NCBI GenBank assembly: GCA_030141605.1
Contig: JAQGDQ010000051.1
Coordinates: 558,001-622,000, forward strand
DNA: 64,000 nucleotides
Source of the DNA: Tubiluchus corallicola
Taxonomy: Eukaryota > Animalia > Priapulida
Direction of reading: 5' to 3'
Shown one piece after another: positions 11,929-26,120 of this stretch. The stretch's first letter is position 1, and each line of letters begins with the position of its first letter. A program made the position numbers and the translations under genes. The notes beneath the pieces were generated by a model. It ran no database searches. It had not been told where the DNA came from and saw only the letters and a program-made list of their open reading frames with translations.

Positions 11929-12146
11929 ATAATTATTATGATCCTAATGTCAAGATAATTATTAATGATGTACAAACCCACAATTAATTCAATTTGATAC
12001 GAAATTTGAAAGACAGGAAATGTAAAAAAGTTGAGATACAACCTGGATTTGAACCAGAGGCCTTCTTTCAAATTTGGTATCAAATCTTATTAATTGTGGG
12101 TTTGAACATCATTAATAATAATTTTGACATTAAGATTATAATAATT
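11929..12146. repeat. Inverted repeat with ~85-bp arms and a 50-bp spacer
   Basis: attaatgatgtacaaacccacaattaat..tttgatacgaaatttgaaaga pairs with tctttcaaatttggtatcaaa..attaattgtgggtttgaacatcattaat. Confidence 0.85.
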
Positions 12147-12823
12147 AATATTGTCTAGATTAAGTATGGGGACAGTTTCGATATAAACAATCAGCTAAGG
12201 TTATTTTATATAGGCCCAACAGAACATTATTTGACTATTGCTAACTTTCGTTAACTGTTCAATTACCGTAAGAACTAAGCAGATTTTCTTCCGTTTTTTA
12301 TTACATAAGGTACGACTTTCTATGGGTTGTCTCTCTAGATCGATTACAATTTGCGTACCTTACGAGAAGCTAGTATCACCTACTATTTACCAGTGAGAAA
12401 ATCCTTTAATTGGCAACATGTTTGCTGCAGTGCTTCGTACTTAATTTTAAAGTGATATTAAGAAGATGTATATTATATTCAGTCTCAGACAAAGTACTCT
12501 CTATAGCGGTAATGCAGTGTTACGTAATTTGATGTAAAAGACGAATGTACTTGGATATTGTCTGTAATTATGCCATTCACAGATATTCACACTATACGAA
12601 AAATTCAACATGTATGTGAAACATGCTGTTGGGTGCTGTTGGGCTCACTGGAAACTCATTTTAGTTACTCATGTGAACAGTCTGGACCTGAGGTTGCACA
12701 AGCAATTGGCGAGTGTGAAACAACTTTAAAATGATTAAAAAAACAAAGGCAAAGGATTTCTTTTGTATTACCTTGAGCAAAACAAGAGCACATAATCTAA
12801 GTTTATAACCGAAGTGAAAGAAT

Positions 12824-12950
12824 CGTTACGACGGCGCAATACCATTTGCATTCCTACCCCTACATTGTGATGGTTCGATCCATTACGAAGCCATTGCAAA
12901 ACAGGTATAACACCGCTGATATGGAATGGCTCGTCGGTTCAGTAGGTACG
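12824..12950 (+). mobile_element. Partial LTR of family B (see 29834-31575)
   Basis: gttacga..tacattgtgatggtt..atccattacgaagccattgca..tatggaatggctcgtcggttcagt is the reverse complement of part of 29980-30118. Confidence 0.7.
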
Positions 12951-14189
12951 CAGACGAGTATTATTTATATCTCAGTACCCGTTCCGTTCTTGTCAACCAA
13001 CATGTAAAATAGATAGCAGATATCCTGTTAGATAGTAGCAAAACGTTTTTAAAAGGTAATTTATGAACAAAATTTCTCTTGATGCATGATCATGAACCAG
13101 TTTCTACTGCAGCCCTGTCCACCAATAACAGCTCAGTGTGCAGAAAAAAACATTTTTTTGTTTTCTTGAAGAACAATACTGTTTTCAAGCCTCGCTTCCT
13201 GTCCCAACATAGCAAACTTAGACATGCTGCTGAATCTGATCGCCTATCAGTTTGGCCCAACTATGTAACTACGTTGTCGCCAAACTTATTTAGGCTGTTA
13301 TTGTGAATATTTTGAAGCCAGTGGCTTCCCAGCAATTTACTGCAACGGAAAAAACGCGTTCCTTTAACACATAAGATCACAAATTGAACAGATATTTCTA
13401 TTAAGAGACTGAGTTTGCACGGTAAATCAACATAAATTACGCCATTAATTACTGTGTTTAATAACTGGTTATAAATACAGCTTATAAAACCTAGAGCGTT
13501 AGTTTCTGCAAATCCCCAGCATATATTGCGACAAGCAAACAAGATTGATCATGGACTGGATTATTTAGTACAGTATCGTACAACATTGTATTGTAGTGTG
13601 TTATGTTGCGTTGCATTGCACTGGATTGTATCGTATTGTATTGGGTTTCGGAATTAAATCCCATAGGCCATAAACTATAATCATAAAATAAATATGAAAA
13701 AGAGCAACAAAATTTTAGCCGCCTAAAAAGTGTAGTGTTTAAAAGTAAAGGCGATACCTAAAAGAAGCGTTGCACCAAAATTCAAAATTAAAACTTTCCT
13801 AGCAAATTAGTTAGCAAGTTAACAACTAGAAAAGTTTATAACGTGACATGGCTGAAGCATTTGGAAATTAGAGGAGTTGCTGAGATACATAACCCTAGAT
13901 AGATCTAGAAAGCATAACATCGCAGGAGTGCTTTTTCTAGATTTTATTGGTGGTTCCGACAGAATGATGGACTGGAAAACAGCGACGCCAAGCAAAAGCA
14001 GAATCAGTATTATGACTTAAGTTATAACTAGTTGGCAATGCTTCTAACGTGGTCAGAAATTGTAAGATGTTACATATAATAGTTACAGAACTGGGCCTTC
14101 AAAAGGCGCCCGTCTATTGTTTGTAAGTTATAATTTCAATTTTATTAAATTCGCGTTGCTTGATTATCTAGGAATTCCACTTCAAAATG

Positions 14190-15172
14190 ACATCTTGTAA
14201 CTTTTGAACCCGTCGGTCAATTACCTACCAAATTATGCTGTTCATTTCTCCTCGTTGAGACCTTTCACTTGACGTGCTACAAGCTAGTTTCGGCTGACAC
14301 TGTAAGGCATTTATCGTCTCGACCCCCTCTACTGAAGTCAGAGGTCAACCAATTTCGGCCAACTTGTACCATTTAATTTGTCTCACTGAGACATTTCTTT
14401 TGATACACTACAAACTACTTTGGTCAACATTGGAAGGCATTTGTCTAGTCGACTTCCATTTTACCCCTAGTGGGGTTGCAGGTTAACCAGCCAAGGGGGA
14501 GACTTTTCATCAGGTGTACTACTAGGTGCTATTGTTCATCACTCGTTGTATTTCTGTTTCCAACCTCCATTTTTCAGTTTTTCCTCTTAGCGAAAAATGT
14601 CTGATATTTAGTTATACACAAGAACGAAACTCCACCTAACAACATACCAAAAATTGTGGCTTTAGCTCAAAAACTGTAGAAGCAGATAGATCCATGACCC
14701 GATATTGGGCACTCCTTAACCCAGCATTCTCCGCTCGCATATAAACGTAGTTCCCATTATCCGGAGAGTGTATCCTGTGAGTTTTGTGTCCCTAGAACTC
14801 AGGAACTAAAAGCTCACCAAATGTGGGTACCCCGATTTTGCATTTTGGACCCTTTCTCGGACATGTAAAACTTCCCACATTTTTAAAACCTCACTGCAAC
14901 CAAATATTTGTAAAAAAAATGAAAAAATCTAGGTGGTTACATCATAATCTTACAACTAACCAACGCCCACTACCCTTCACACCTTCATCAGAGATCGCAG
15001 GTCAACAGTCCGTCTCCCCGCCCAGGGCTACCGCCCCCTCCCCCTCCGCCGTGAGTTTCGTGACCCTAGCTTGCAAGCCTAACGAATTTTGAGCGAAATG
15101 TTTGCGGAGAAAAAATAATAAATAAACAACTGTATGAGAATCAAGAAGATTTTGATATAACAAAATCTTAAG
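14190..15172 (+). mobile_element. Repeat family C, Helentron/HINE-like non-autonomous element with ~140-bp internal repeats
   Basis: Shares gaggtcaaccaat, gagacctttc, caagctagtttc and gaaggcattt with 32820-33420; ends in the hairpin aagattttg-atataa-caaaatctt. The superfamily is inferred. Confidence 0.55.
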
Positions 15173-16136
15173 AAAGAAGCGAAGGCTCCAATTTTTGGTG
15201 GTAATTTATTTTAAAACACATATTTCGAGTGGCTCGTAATAAATTAGCTTAATTCCAAATTTAGTAATTTCAACAACTCGAACCTTCGCTGTTGAGATTT
15301 AGTTCGCCTAAGAACTTATATATTGTCTGTCGCTGCTAAAAGAAATCATAGAAGTTTGTAGTTTTGTCTGAGATAAAAATTTTAAAACACCTAAAAATGC
15401 ACTTAATAATGGCTCATTTCAGTCAGAACCATGCATCATAATCATGTGATAAAAATCCCCTAATTTCATCGTAAAGGGTGAACAGGTTTCTCAGATATCG
15501 GCTCGTACTTCAGTAGGTTAAGTTTTTCAGTATGAGGATTCAGTCAGATAGAAGCTGAAAAAATCAAAATTCGCAGACGCGGACATCAAGTAGGAACTAA
15601 GTACAGTAGAAGGAATAATTTTAAAGAAAGTTTGAAAATATAATTCCCCATGGAATTACATTTTTAAAAGTGCGTAATTGAAAATTAAAAAGGAAGTTTA
15701 TGTTTCAAGCAACACATAAGGCACATGTATAATACACATTTCACATGTATAATTTAAAACTCATTTACCTCGAAGGTCAATTTTGTTCATCTTTTCGATT
15801 TTACTATTACGTAGTTTAATACGAGAAAGTGCAAAATATTTGAAATTCGCAATAACTAAGGACAGTATTCTTATGATAACGTGTAAAAAATCAATCCAGT
15901 TTAGGCTGCTAATAGGATGAAATAGCCAAGAAAAAATTGCATTTCAAGAAAAAAGTTAGTCTTTGAGATAGTAGACTATCTTTAATAAGTAAACTTACAA
16001 CAGTGTTGTCCTTGCAGGCAAGGAATTGCTGGGTAATTTCATGCTTTTGTGCTTATTCGGGTGCTGTGGTGTGCCCTGGTACGTATTGCATTCCATTCTA
16101 ACTAGTTCTAACTACTGAAGCAGCTTGTGTTATGGA

Positions 16137-16149
16137 AAGTCATTGACCT
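16137..16149. promoter_or_regulatory. Candidate IR1 element AAGTCA-T-TGACCT
   Basis: One mismatch from the perfect AGGTCA-N-TGACCT. Confidence 0.3.
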
Positions 16150-18106
16150 TTCAATTTCTCTTTTAACTCGTCCTAGTAAACCAGCAATTCACAAACTCAA
16201 ACCGATTCATTTTAACTAATGGAAAGACCGAATTGCATTACTTTCTAGTTTGCGCTACAACGAATTTAGAAACTCGAATTGCGAATTACGAACAAAATCT
16301 GTTTATGTTCTGATTACGAAAAAATTTAACACATTCCGTATTGATAGGTTTTTTATTCTACAACTTAAACGGAGTAATTAATTATTTAGACAAATTTTAT
16401 TTATTTAATTATTTAGACAAAAATTAAAAATTCAAACAGCGAGTTGAAGTCAAAACCTTTTACATACCTTACAATAAAAGCTAAAATATTCTTGATCGTC
16501 AGTGATTGACAGTTTCTTATTTTTCTGCTAAAAAGGTACGTAATTGGTGCACGTGCGTGTACGTGCGCAGCGTATTGTTTTTACGGCTACTAATTTTTCA
16601 GAATATGGTTATTTCTCTTTTGCAATTAATATGTAAATTTCGTATGAATGATTTCTTTTATTGCATGTTTTTGGGTGGTGCCTTTAACCAAAATAACAAA
16701 GTATATAATTCGGTGAGACCGTGATATGAGGGACGAGAACCTGATGATGTTGGTTACGTAAAAGTTTAGTTCCATAATATTCTTGTGGGGATGTAATCAA
16801 GTCTTGGTGAGACCTCACTTTATGCTTGACAGGTTTTGAAATGGTGAAGAATTGGCTCTACATAAAATCAAATTAACGTTATCATATAAAACTTTATCGC
16901 ACCAGCTATCTGCTAAACAAAATTAAAATTACATCTTAAACAGAAAAATTAATGAAATTTAAGTCCATAGCATAAAATGACCTATTGTCTAAATTTTTTA
17001 ACTGTGCAAAAAATTTTTAAAGATGATTTAAGACAAGGTTTGCACAAGCAAGTCGCCCAGGTCCAAATTGTGGGATATTGATCAATTGTGATATCTGGCT
17101 CAGTTTGACTTGCTAACTGGCTTCTTAAGTTTTTATTTGAAAGTAAAGCACTTTTGTAATAAAATCGATTTTACATAATATGTCAAAATAAGCTCTAATA
17201 ATACAGGCTTAATATTAAGTTATAATCATGGTGCTGATAATGATGCCGATATCAACTATGCACGCATAATTTCTTATTGGTGTGAAACTGATGAAAAAAA
17301 TGTTGGTGATAGGCCTAACGTTATATATTATAATAATATGTTGACGATGAGGAGGAGAATGTCAATGCATATATGCATGTATAATTTTTTACTGATATGA
17401 AATCTGTGAAAAATTGTGTAAATTCTTGACAGTTACAATAAGCTACTGTATACGTTTGAGTTCACGTTAGAGGTGAATGCCTCCTCCAGTTTAACTATCA
17501 GACCGTGATTACCGTCTGCAGTTATGGCACTCGCAGGTAGAACTTAGGTCGACGGCACCTCAAAAGTACTCGCTCGTCTGCACATACAGTTAGTATGTGG
17601 TTTTCCCAATTCTGTTTTATTGTTAGTTGTCGTCTTGCGCAATGTCACGTGACTGTGGTAACAGATTAGATAATTTTTAGGTAGACGAATTTATTTGTAC
17701 ATACAGAAACAAAGCCGTATATAATACTAAAATTTAAAACTACAGGTTTCATGTAAGAACATAATAATTATATACATATACAAACAGAATACTAAAATGC
17801 ATATACGGTAGAAAAAGGGCCACTTTTGAAATCAACATAGATTTGACGATTTTAGATCAATACGCTTTTTGCTCTGGCAATTATGTAGAAAAACTAAAGG
17901 CTATAATTGTTATTATTACGTTGCAAAATTAAGTTTATACTAATTATTAGTCACAGGTAGTTACAAAGTGCGTTGCATCTTATACAGTTGTATTATACAA
18001 TACTCGAACAAATGCACATTTATGGGTAGTTTCAACCTTAGATTTTCAAGTTAGACATAGTCTTGTTCGTTTTTTTAAAATACATAGAAAATTTTATATT
18101 ATTTAT

Positions 18107-18629
18107 ATAAGTGTCAGAAGAATAATACAGATTTTACATACATTTGCATTTTCCACAACCACACGAAGGAACACAATATCAGAAACCTAAAACTCTCCAA
18201 AAACACAGACTCAGTAATTCAAAGGACCACTACAGGAGCCAATAGACCCCAGGGTCAAGTTGATTTAGAGCACAGAAATCGACAGAATGGTGCTGCCAAT
18301 GATAGTTGGGTATTGAGAATTGGGTGGTGCTTCATAATATATAAGGCCTCTGCCATCCTCAGACCTCAGGATAGCAGAGGCCTTATATATTATGAGGCAC
18401 CATCCAATTCTCAATACCCAACAATCATCAGTAGCACCATGCCACACTCTGCCAATTTCTGCATTCTAAACTAACTTGACTATAGGCTCCATTGGGTCCT
18501 GTAGTGGTCCTTGTGAATTACTGAGTCTCTGTGTTGTTTGGAATTTTTTAGGTTTCTCATATTGTGCCCACATGTGATTGTGGAAAATGCAAAATTGTGT
18601 AAAATGTGTATTATTCTTCTGACACTTAT
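18107..18629. mobile_element. Foldback element / long palindrome (family D), ~255-bp arms with a very short loop
   Basis: ataagtgtcagaagaataataca.. pairs with ..tgtattattcttctgacacttat; the centre is tataaggcctctg-ccatcctcagacctcaggatag-cagaggccttata. Confidence 0.92.
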
Positions 18630-18957
18630 TACAGTGGTTTGTTTTCCCAGCATAGACTTTAGCTTGCTGCTAAACTAATTGTTTACTGGTTGTTGTGATC
18701 TTTGCCTGAATCTGATATAGATAGTACTATTTTCATATTTTCTTTACACGAGAACCTCTTCCTAAGTTATATGTAGTTGTATTCTGACAATTTGAATTTC
18801 GCTCTTGTGATTGTCTAATGATAATTTTTTATGCCGTGGTTAGTAGTGTCATAATTGAACTAATTATTTGTTCTGGCTTTATTTGCATAATTGAATATAA
18901 GTGTAAAACTACAAGGTGTAAAAGTGAAGTTATACATTCATAAGATTAAAATCACAA

Positions 18958-19152
18958 GCCCATTGAGCCGACGAGGCCATCCCATAGCGACCATTTTGTA
19001 TCTAGTATTCAACATCACTATGTAATGGCTGGGGAGACCATCACAATGTAGAGGGGGTCGACTATAAATAACATTTCGTCCCCGTAACACTGCTCTCCTT
19101 CACAGAAAATGGTTTGTCTTCAAACCAGAATGAAGCACGCAGGAGAAGAAAT
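18958..19152 (-). mobile_element. Family B fragment: part of the LTR plus polypurine tract and adjacent internal sequence
   Basis: ..cccgtaaca-ctgctctccttcacagaaaatggtttgtc..gcacgcaggagaagaaa matches 30110-30180. Confidence 0.8.
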
Positions 19153-19539
19153 AATAAAAACTTTTATTGAAGCCGAAAATTTTATAATTACCACGTACTA
19201 CATGAGAGAGTCGGCGTCTATGAATCTACATGGTGTTTATTAGCGCAGACGATCGTTTCGACTGCATATGTTATTTTCAATTTTTCAATGCTAGGGTGAA
19301 GCCAAAACTTGTAATCAGTACAATTTATAACACTACGAACCAAAGCATACAATATCATTATGCAATCACAAAAGTGAATGAAATTGCCAGAATATCAGAG
19401 ACTCTCCTATAAAGGAAACTGTAATGAAAAGCGTAAAAACAGTACCTATATATCTGATTCAACACAAATCACAATCACCACCAAACATTTAGTTAACGAC
19501 AAGCAAAGTCTATATAACGGGAGAAGAAATAACTACAAC

Positions 19540-19776
19540 AAACGTCAAAAGAATAATACACAATTTTTACATAATTGCATTTTCCAATTAATAGGGAGTA
19601 CGAGAAACCTAAAACTCTCCAAAACAACACCCGGTTTCAGTAACTCACAATGACCACTACAGGGGCCAATGAAGCCCAGAGTCAAGTTGATTTAGAACAC
19701 AGAAGCACCGTCCTAGTCTCAATACCTAACTACCATCGGTAACACCATGCCGCATTCTGCGTATTTCTGTGTTCTT
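19540..19776. mobile_element. Internally deleted second copy of foldback family D
   Basis: agaataataca, tgcattttcca, agaaacctaaaactctccaaaa, gaccactacagg and gtcaagttgatttaga are all shared with 18118-18275. Confidence 0.8.
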
Positions 19777-22094
19777 ATAAACACCACGTTATCACAAACT
19801 GTTGGAACATGAAAGAAAGACTGCATAACGCTTACTAGTTTGAAATAAAGTAAAGACTATTACCAGCATCGAAAACTAAAGACAAAAACTGAGCTTAGCG
19901 CTTGCCAATATGAATTTTTTGCAAGAATGTGCAATGTTTACTGAGGAAACAAATGCTATGGGAAAACTGCGAAAGGTTTAAATTAAAAAGTTTGCATAAC
20001 AGTTACCGACACAAAGTAGAAAATGTTTTCTATGAGAAATCTACTAACATTACAGTTCAACAAGTTTAAGCATTTTAAAATATACAAATTTACTAAAAAA
20101 AAAGTTAAGGCTCAGAAGCTTCATCCTGACCGGATTCAATATGGAGACATCTAGTTAAAAACCTGTAAGATTGCGTAACAATATTTCAATTCATACTGTT
20201 CAGACCATACGATCAAGTCTTTTAAGATTCAACTGGCGAACCAACCATTGTGCACGCTGATTTACCAAAACTAGCTACCCCTCAACGGGGCACAGTTTAC
20301 CCGAAATAGGTACAAACAACACAAATTCTTGACTTAACAATTTTCATCTCAAAATCTCGCTTTTTAATAATAGCTGGGTTTACCGTTCCATTCGCTTAAA
20401 TGAAACTTGCCGTCATCTCGTCACATGTAATTTTCTCTTCAAAATTTCTCACCAAAATGGTAAGATCCACTTTAGTACCTGTGCCAAACACATAAATTAC
20501 GTTCGGTAAAAATTTTATTGCTTACATTTTAATAGATTACATATTCCTTTTACCGTAAATTTCCTCACAACTTTTATCCTTTTGATCTCATAGGATGTTA
20601 GTATTTGTCATATAAATGCTATGTAAAATATGTAATATACAAGTATATGCGTGTTTAACTGTTTATCACTTGGCGGAGCATTATCAAATGTACACTCCTA
20701 TCAGGAATTTTGTGCTTTCTAAAGTGGCGTTTATGTAGCATCCGGACGCGTTTTGGGGTGTGTGCAGAATAGATAAAATCGGTTTTGTATTGTTTTCAAT
20801 GCATCAGTTTATGCAGCCTACGTATGTGCTCTATTCGTTTTCTGCGGCTATTCCAATTGATTTTTTCCGCAGCCTATTCCACCAGTGGAAAACGCATACG
20901 CATCCAGATGTTGGGTAAAAGCTAACTTTGTCGTCTGTGGCAATAAAATCTAAACTCTAAAGAGCAAATTCCTTGAAGACTCAAGTAAAAATTAAGTTTC
21001 AGTATGCTTGTACTTTTACTTTGCTTGGCGTTAGTGGATTCAAGATTCAAGATTTATTTATTTAACCAACAACAGGAACCGCATACAGATTGAGTTTTCT
21101 GTAATAATTTAAGACTGTAAATTACAAATAGTAAAGCTGTATGGCTGAGGAGATCTAAAAATGGCAATACAGCTGCATAAATTAAAGGCCACCTAAAGAA
21201 GAAATGGAAAAGGAAAAAGAGAGGGATAGATGGAAAGAATGAAAGGAGAAAGACAGAAAAACAGAAAAGCTATACTTCTGTAACTTGTTTTTGTACTTCG
21301 ATTTTGATGCGAGTCCTTCAGATTAAGAATAATACTGCTGCTATACAGTGCTGAAGACAGTAACAGTGCTTAAACATTGCACTGAGTAGGGTTGTTATAA
21401 ATGATGATTTAGTAAACTGAAGCCATTTATACGTGGTCACTATCTAATCCAAATGACTCATCACTTTGACCACGTTTCAACCTTCTTTTGTCTATCGGGA
21501 CTTTCAAGGATTCCTCGTTTACTTTATTATAAAGACTAGTCAGTTTAGTTTTGCTCGTATTCCCCGTTTGTAAAAGCTAAGCTTGTGTAAGGATATTATA
21601 CTTACAACGTAGATACGATGTAGGAAGAACGAATTTTACTGCATTGGTAGACAAAAAGTCGAATGTTCACGAAACTTATGATATGAATTTATTTGTTTTT
21701 TTTTTCTTAAGCACGTGCATGCATAGATCATGTAGGTACCACACATCGGGTCTGGCTGCATACAACATTTTTTGTACCTAAAAAGATGGTTATGCGAAAA
21801 TTATAAGCATAAATTAAGTTAATGTGCCTTGTTCACAGTATCTAATTTTTTATCTGTTTTATCTGTAATCTATTTCATTTGTAGTTTCCCGAAAAACAAT
21901 TAGTTTGAATGACGGATAAAATAACTTCGCCTCTAACCAGGATACAAGTCGTACAAAATACAAAATAAGTATGTTGGTCAAGGTCTGCGTTTCTTTAAGT
22001 TTTTCTCTTTCTAGAGTAACGAATCTGCTGCGCTGCCATTCTACAGGTGAACAGTACAAACTATAATAGTGAACAGGTTGGTTTTGGAGGTGGT

Positions 22095-22202
22095 AGTTCA
22101 TTGCACCCCAGAGTAACCTACAGTAACTCGTTTTATAATTTAACGCTCCCGATTATAGGTTGGCACGCGTTGTTAAATCTGAACTTGAACTGTCAATGAC
22201 CT
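22095..22202. promoter_or_regulatory. Candidate nuclear-receptor enhancer: IR1 AGTTCA-T-TGCACC (22095-22107) and TGAACT-TGAACT-GTCA-A-TGACCT (22180-22202)
   Basis: The first site has the architecture of the Drosophila hsp27 EcRE (GGTTCA-A-TGCACT); additional half-sites lie within 100 bp. Confidence 0.4.
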
Positions 22203-23439
22203 GGTGGGATTAATACTGCTTCCTGGATCGGGGATGCCTTAGCAAAATGAACAGGGAATTAAGGGACATCAATTTCGCGAAAATTATGATAATTTTTTAT
22301 TCGTTCTCCACAGAGCGAGTACTGAATATATCTTCGCAGAATCTGATGTGTTATAATAATTAGTATATATTTTTCTGTCAGTTTTTCGTTGTCTACAAAA
22401 CAGGAGCAATCTTGCAACTTCCAAAAGTATTTAACAATTATTACTGTGACTTTTTTAGAAAAAAGACACGAGCCATCAAACTATTATAACGTCTAACAAC
22501 ATCCAAATTAAGAGCAAGTTTTTGGCTAACTTAGAGATATTTTTCGATTGTTGTATTTTTTATTGCAGTTCTACTCAAAAACTGTGATAATTTAGTTGTT
22601 ATCTACACTAGACAGGTAAAAGCCTGGGGCCTCAGAATCTAGGCAGGCTCTGTGTATGTATAATATTTTTGACACTGTCGTAAGTGTTTTCTACACATGC
22701 CGTCATAATGTACTTTTGGGTGGATAAAGATAGCTCCTAGCAAAGGGGTATCTAGAACAAATTGCAATAGAATTTTTGCAATTAGAATTTGCAATTATAG
22801 TCAGTTGAATTTTTCTAATAAACAGAATCTGAAGAGAAAAATTCTATTGGAATTTGCTCTAGGTTGTTTATTATCTTTACCCCTTATCTCGTCTATAAAC
22901 AAGCCTTCGGTAACTTTTTTGTTTTTCTATGAGTCAGGAATATCTGTGGATGTTTTATATATCCTTTCCTAATAACAAGTGAAGACTACTTTTATTGGCA
23001 TTAAAAAAACTGTATATGTCAACTTAGCAGTAGTTTCCACCCTGACGTATCAATAATTATTCGCGATCAATAAACTTAATTTATTAGATTGTTAATCAGT
23101 GAGAGATTTTTAAAAATTTTTGAACTGGGTATAATGATAACACAAAATAACATGTAAAGGCCTCACACCCTCACTGTCAGACAGTCATGACCTGACCATC
23201 TTTATTTCCCAGGAAATAAAATTTGTACTCTCGGGGGTTTTTAAAGAAAATATAAAATAAAGTTGCAATTTCACTTTTCTAAAATTCCTGTTTATTTTAT
23301 AAGCTGTTTGCAAAGTTTTTGTTTGCAACAGTTTTTCTTGGCGTTTATTTTAACATATATGCATTTTTTTCATTACAGCTTGTAACAACATCACTTTATA
23401 TTCATTAAAAAAGGAAAAGCAAATTATGAAACTTTAAAC

Positions 23440-24340
23440 ACCTGTCACTAACCATTCTCCGCTCTACTAAATTTTGTTTGGAGTACTCTCCTATCTTTGT
23501 TTAGATATACGTCAGTAGCTGACCCCTCTGGCTTTTTTGTTGTTTCAAGAGTTTTACGTAATGCTCTAGGAATATTAGATTCTTGAGGTAGTCTTAGTAC
23601 ATGACCAATTCAATGCAGTCTTCTTACCTGGATTTCATTACCCCAAGGATTCTTCTTAAACACATCATACAGATCATCATTGGATATTCTGTCAGGCGAT
23701 TTTCTGTAAAGACGTTTTTGAAAAGTGTCAGTTTCCTTCTGCTGTTCAACTTTTATTGTCCATAACTCAGCACTGTATAAAAATACAGGTTCAGCTAAAA
23801 TTGAAAGAATCCGAGCTTTGGTTTCAAGAGGAAGTCTAGTGTTTTCAAAAACCGCCGTGAGATCTGAAAAAGCAGACAATGCTAGAACTTTCCTTCGCTG
23901 TATGTCGGCTTCGGTGCGTAACACTAACAAATTACCAAGGTGTTTACATCTTTTCCACGAAACAATACCTCCTCTCTGAATATAGTATGGTTCAGTCTTT
24001 GTATTGTTAACTTTAAAATAATATTTTTCTAAACGGCGGCTAATCGTACATTTTGCGCCTTACGGTATCTCTCTATTAGCTGTATTGTGAGCAATATCAC
24101 CGCATATTGCATGAAGATTAAGGTCGGAGGTCTTCCAAATGTAGCGTAATTATGTTCAACTCGTTTATCTATAGGCTAAAATTTTCTGGATTAAGAGTAT
24201 GGTCCTTCATTTCTTCACAAAGTATATAGTTATCGTCTGTCACAACTACAGCAAGATGAAAAGTGAAAGGGGCTCAAACAATCCCTTTGTGGTGTACCGA
24301 TGTTACAACAAAATCGTATGCTCGTCCTTCCTTCATATCG
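23440..24340 (-). mobile_element. Degenerate RTE-like LINE, RT and C-terminal region
   Basis: ORF 23610-23930 DIQRRKVLALSAF..LPLETKARI..PVFLYSAELWT matches the RTE C-terminal motif; upstream VPQRDCLSP resembles GVPQGD.LSP. Confidence 0.8.
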
Positions 24341-25849
24341 GATTTAGATAGTTATATAATAAATAGTAAGATTTTGCAAGAATGTGCTGATAAAATGCAA
24401 CTCATCATCGGTTTACCACACGCGGGATAGCACTCAAAGGCAGCGCCAAATGTGCTTAAGGAGATGGTTGTAGTGTGATCGGAGCTTGACTTATTGTGAA
24501 GGATGTACCTTTGACATAGAGGTAGAACGGGGCTATGCTCTAGCCTCAGCACCGGCAAAGTTGGAGTTTATGGCCAAGATCGCCAACCACGGGCGCCACC
24601 AACGCATTTTCCTGTATTTAAGCACATTTTGGAGGCCTCAACTGAGACCTAAATTCTGGTACAAAAACTTCCTCAAGCGTGAAAAATTCTGCTTTAATAA
24701 ATATATTTTACTTACGGTACCTTTACCCAAGTAATATTCATTATATTCTATTGTAGTAGTCATATATCTTAAAAACAAGTTCGTAATACACTGCATTGCG
24801 GATGACCCATAACTTAAACTTAATTTACTTAGTGTCAATATTATCTATCCAGCAAAATGTAGATAGCCAAATATAAAACTGATCTGAGACTGTTATGTTT
24901 ACAGCCCACCTACTGTTCATACAAAATTTAATATGTTTGCGTGCGTGCTAATTTTTCCCACTGGACACAGCTAAATGCAATTTTACCGCATTATAGACCA
25001 TTTTGCGGTCGCTAGAAGTTATTTCTTGGCCAAGTTCACCTCAAATTCGTGACTCATAATTTCACTACTACCGTGAAAGGGGCACAGGCTCCTTGGACCC
25101 ACCCTCTAAATGCAGAAGTGCAGTTACAGTTAGCTAAAAACTGTCTAGACAACGGAAATGTATCATTCTGTGGACGCACGTGCGTCAGTGCGTCCGCCTT
25201 CCGGCGCCCATGTCGCCAACCATGGTTATAAATGTAATCGAAATTTAAGAGTTATGCATATACTTAAAAGGCTTTTATAATTAAGCACTTGTGTTTCATC
25301 TGATAATACTTTTTAAATACTCTGCCATCTTAGAAATGTAAGATGTATAATAAATACTTTTTTCTTGTTATTAGAAATGAAATCGTAATAATATTGTACT
25401 GTCGGCGAAGTACCATTTAAATTTCACCCCTTCCTCTACATTGTAATGGGAAGATTCTATGCGAAACCATTGCGTGTTGGAACTGAAAACCCTGTGTAAA
25501 TCACCCGCAAGTAATGGTTCCGTGGTTCAATAGCAAGGTGGCCTGCACCTGCCTCGTACACTAGTATTTGAGATCATACAGGACAAGTTTCCTGGCACCA
25601 GGCAAGCTTAACTTCAATTGCACCTTCGATTTTGGCATTTTTTGTGCGGTTTTTGGAAAACTTTACAGCACAATGCAGCAGCCCAAACTGTGATCCAAGA
25701 CTGTGGCACCCGTTAATTCAATATTAAGAGAAAAATCATGAAAAATTTATCTTGATCTGGATTTGATTGTGTAACTTGTTTTAATTGCAATAAAAAAATT
25801 CACTAAAAAATTGAATTAAAATTAGGACATCAAGATGGCGTTCAATCTA

Positions 25850-26120
25850 CTGTTTAATAAAAAAGAAGAATTCTGAGTAATAAATATTTTGGTTTCAGGA
25901 AAGGTAGCTCCGCTAAAATGGCCTTAACAAAAACTATAGAAAATATCATTAATACTATTGAAAACAAATGGCACATCCTACGGAGTATTTTGCGACCCAT
26001 CAAAGCATTCAATACAGTAAACCAAGACATTCTGCTAAATAAGTTAGACTATTACGTTATAAGAGGTTTGCCTCACATGTGGCTAAAAATTATTTAGTAG
26101 AGTGCACTCAGACACTAAAC
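25850..26120 (+). mobile_element. CR1/L2-type LINE RT fragment
   Basis: FGFRKGSSAKMAL..KAFNTVNQDILLNKLDYYVIRG..WLK. Confidence 0.85.
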
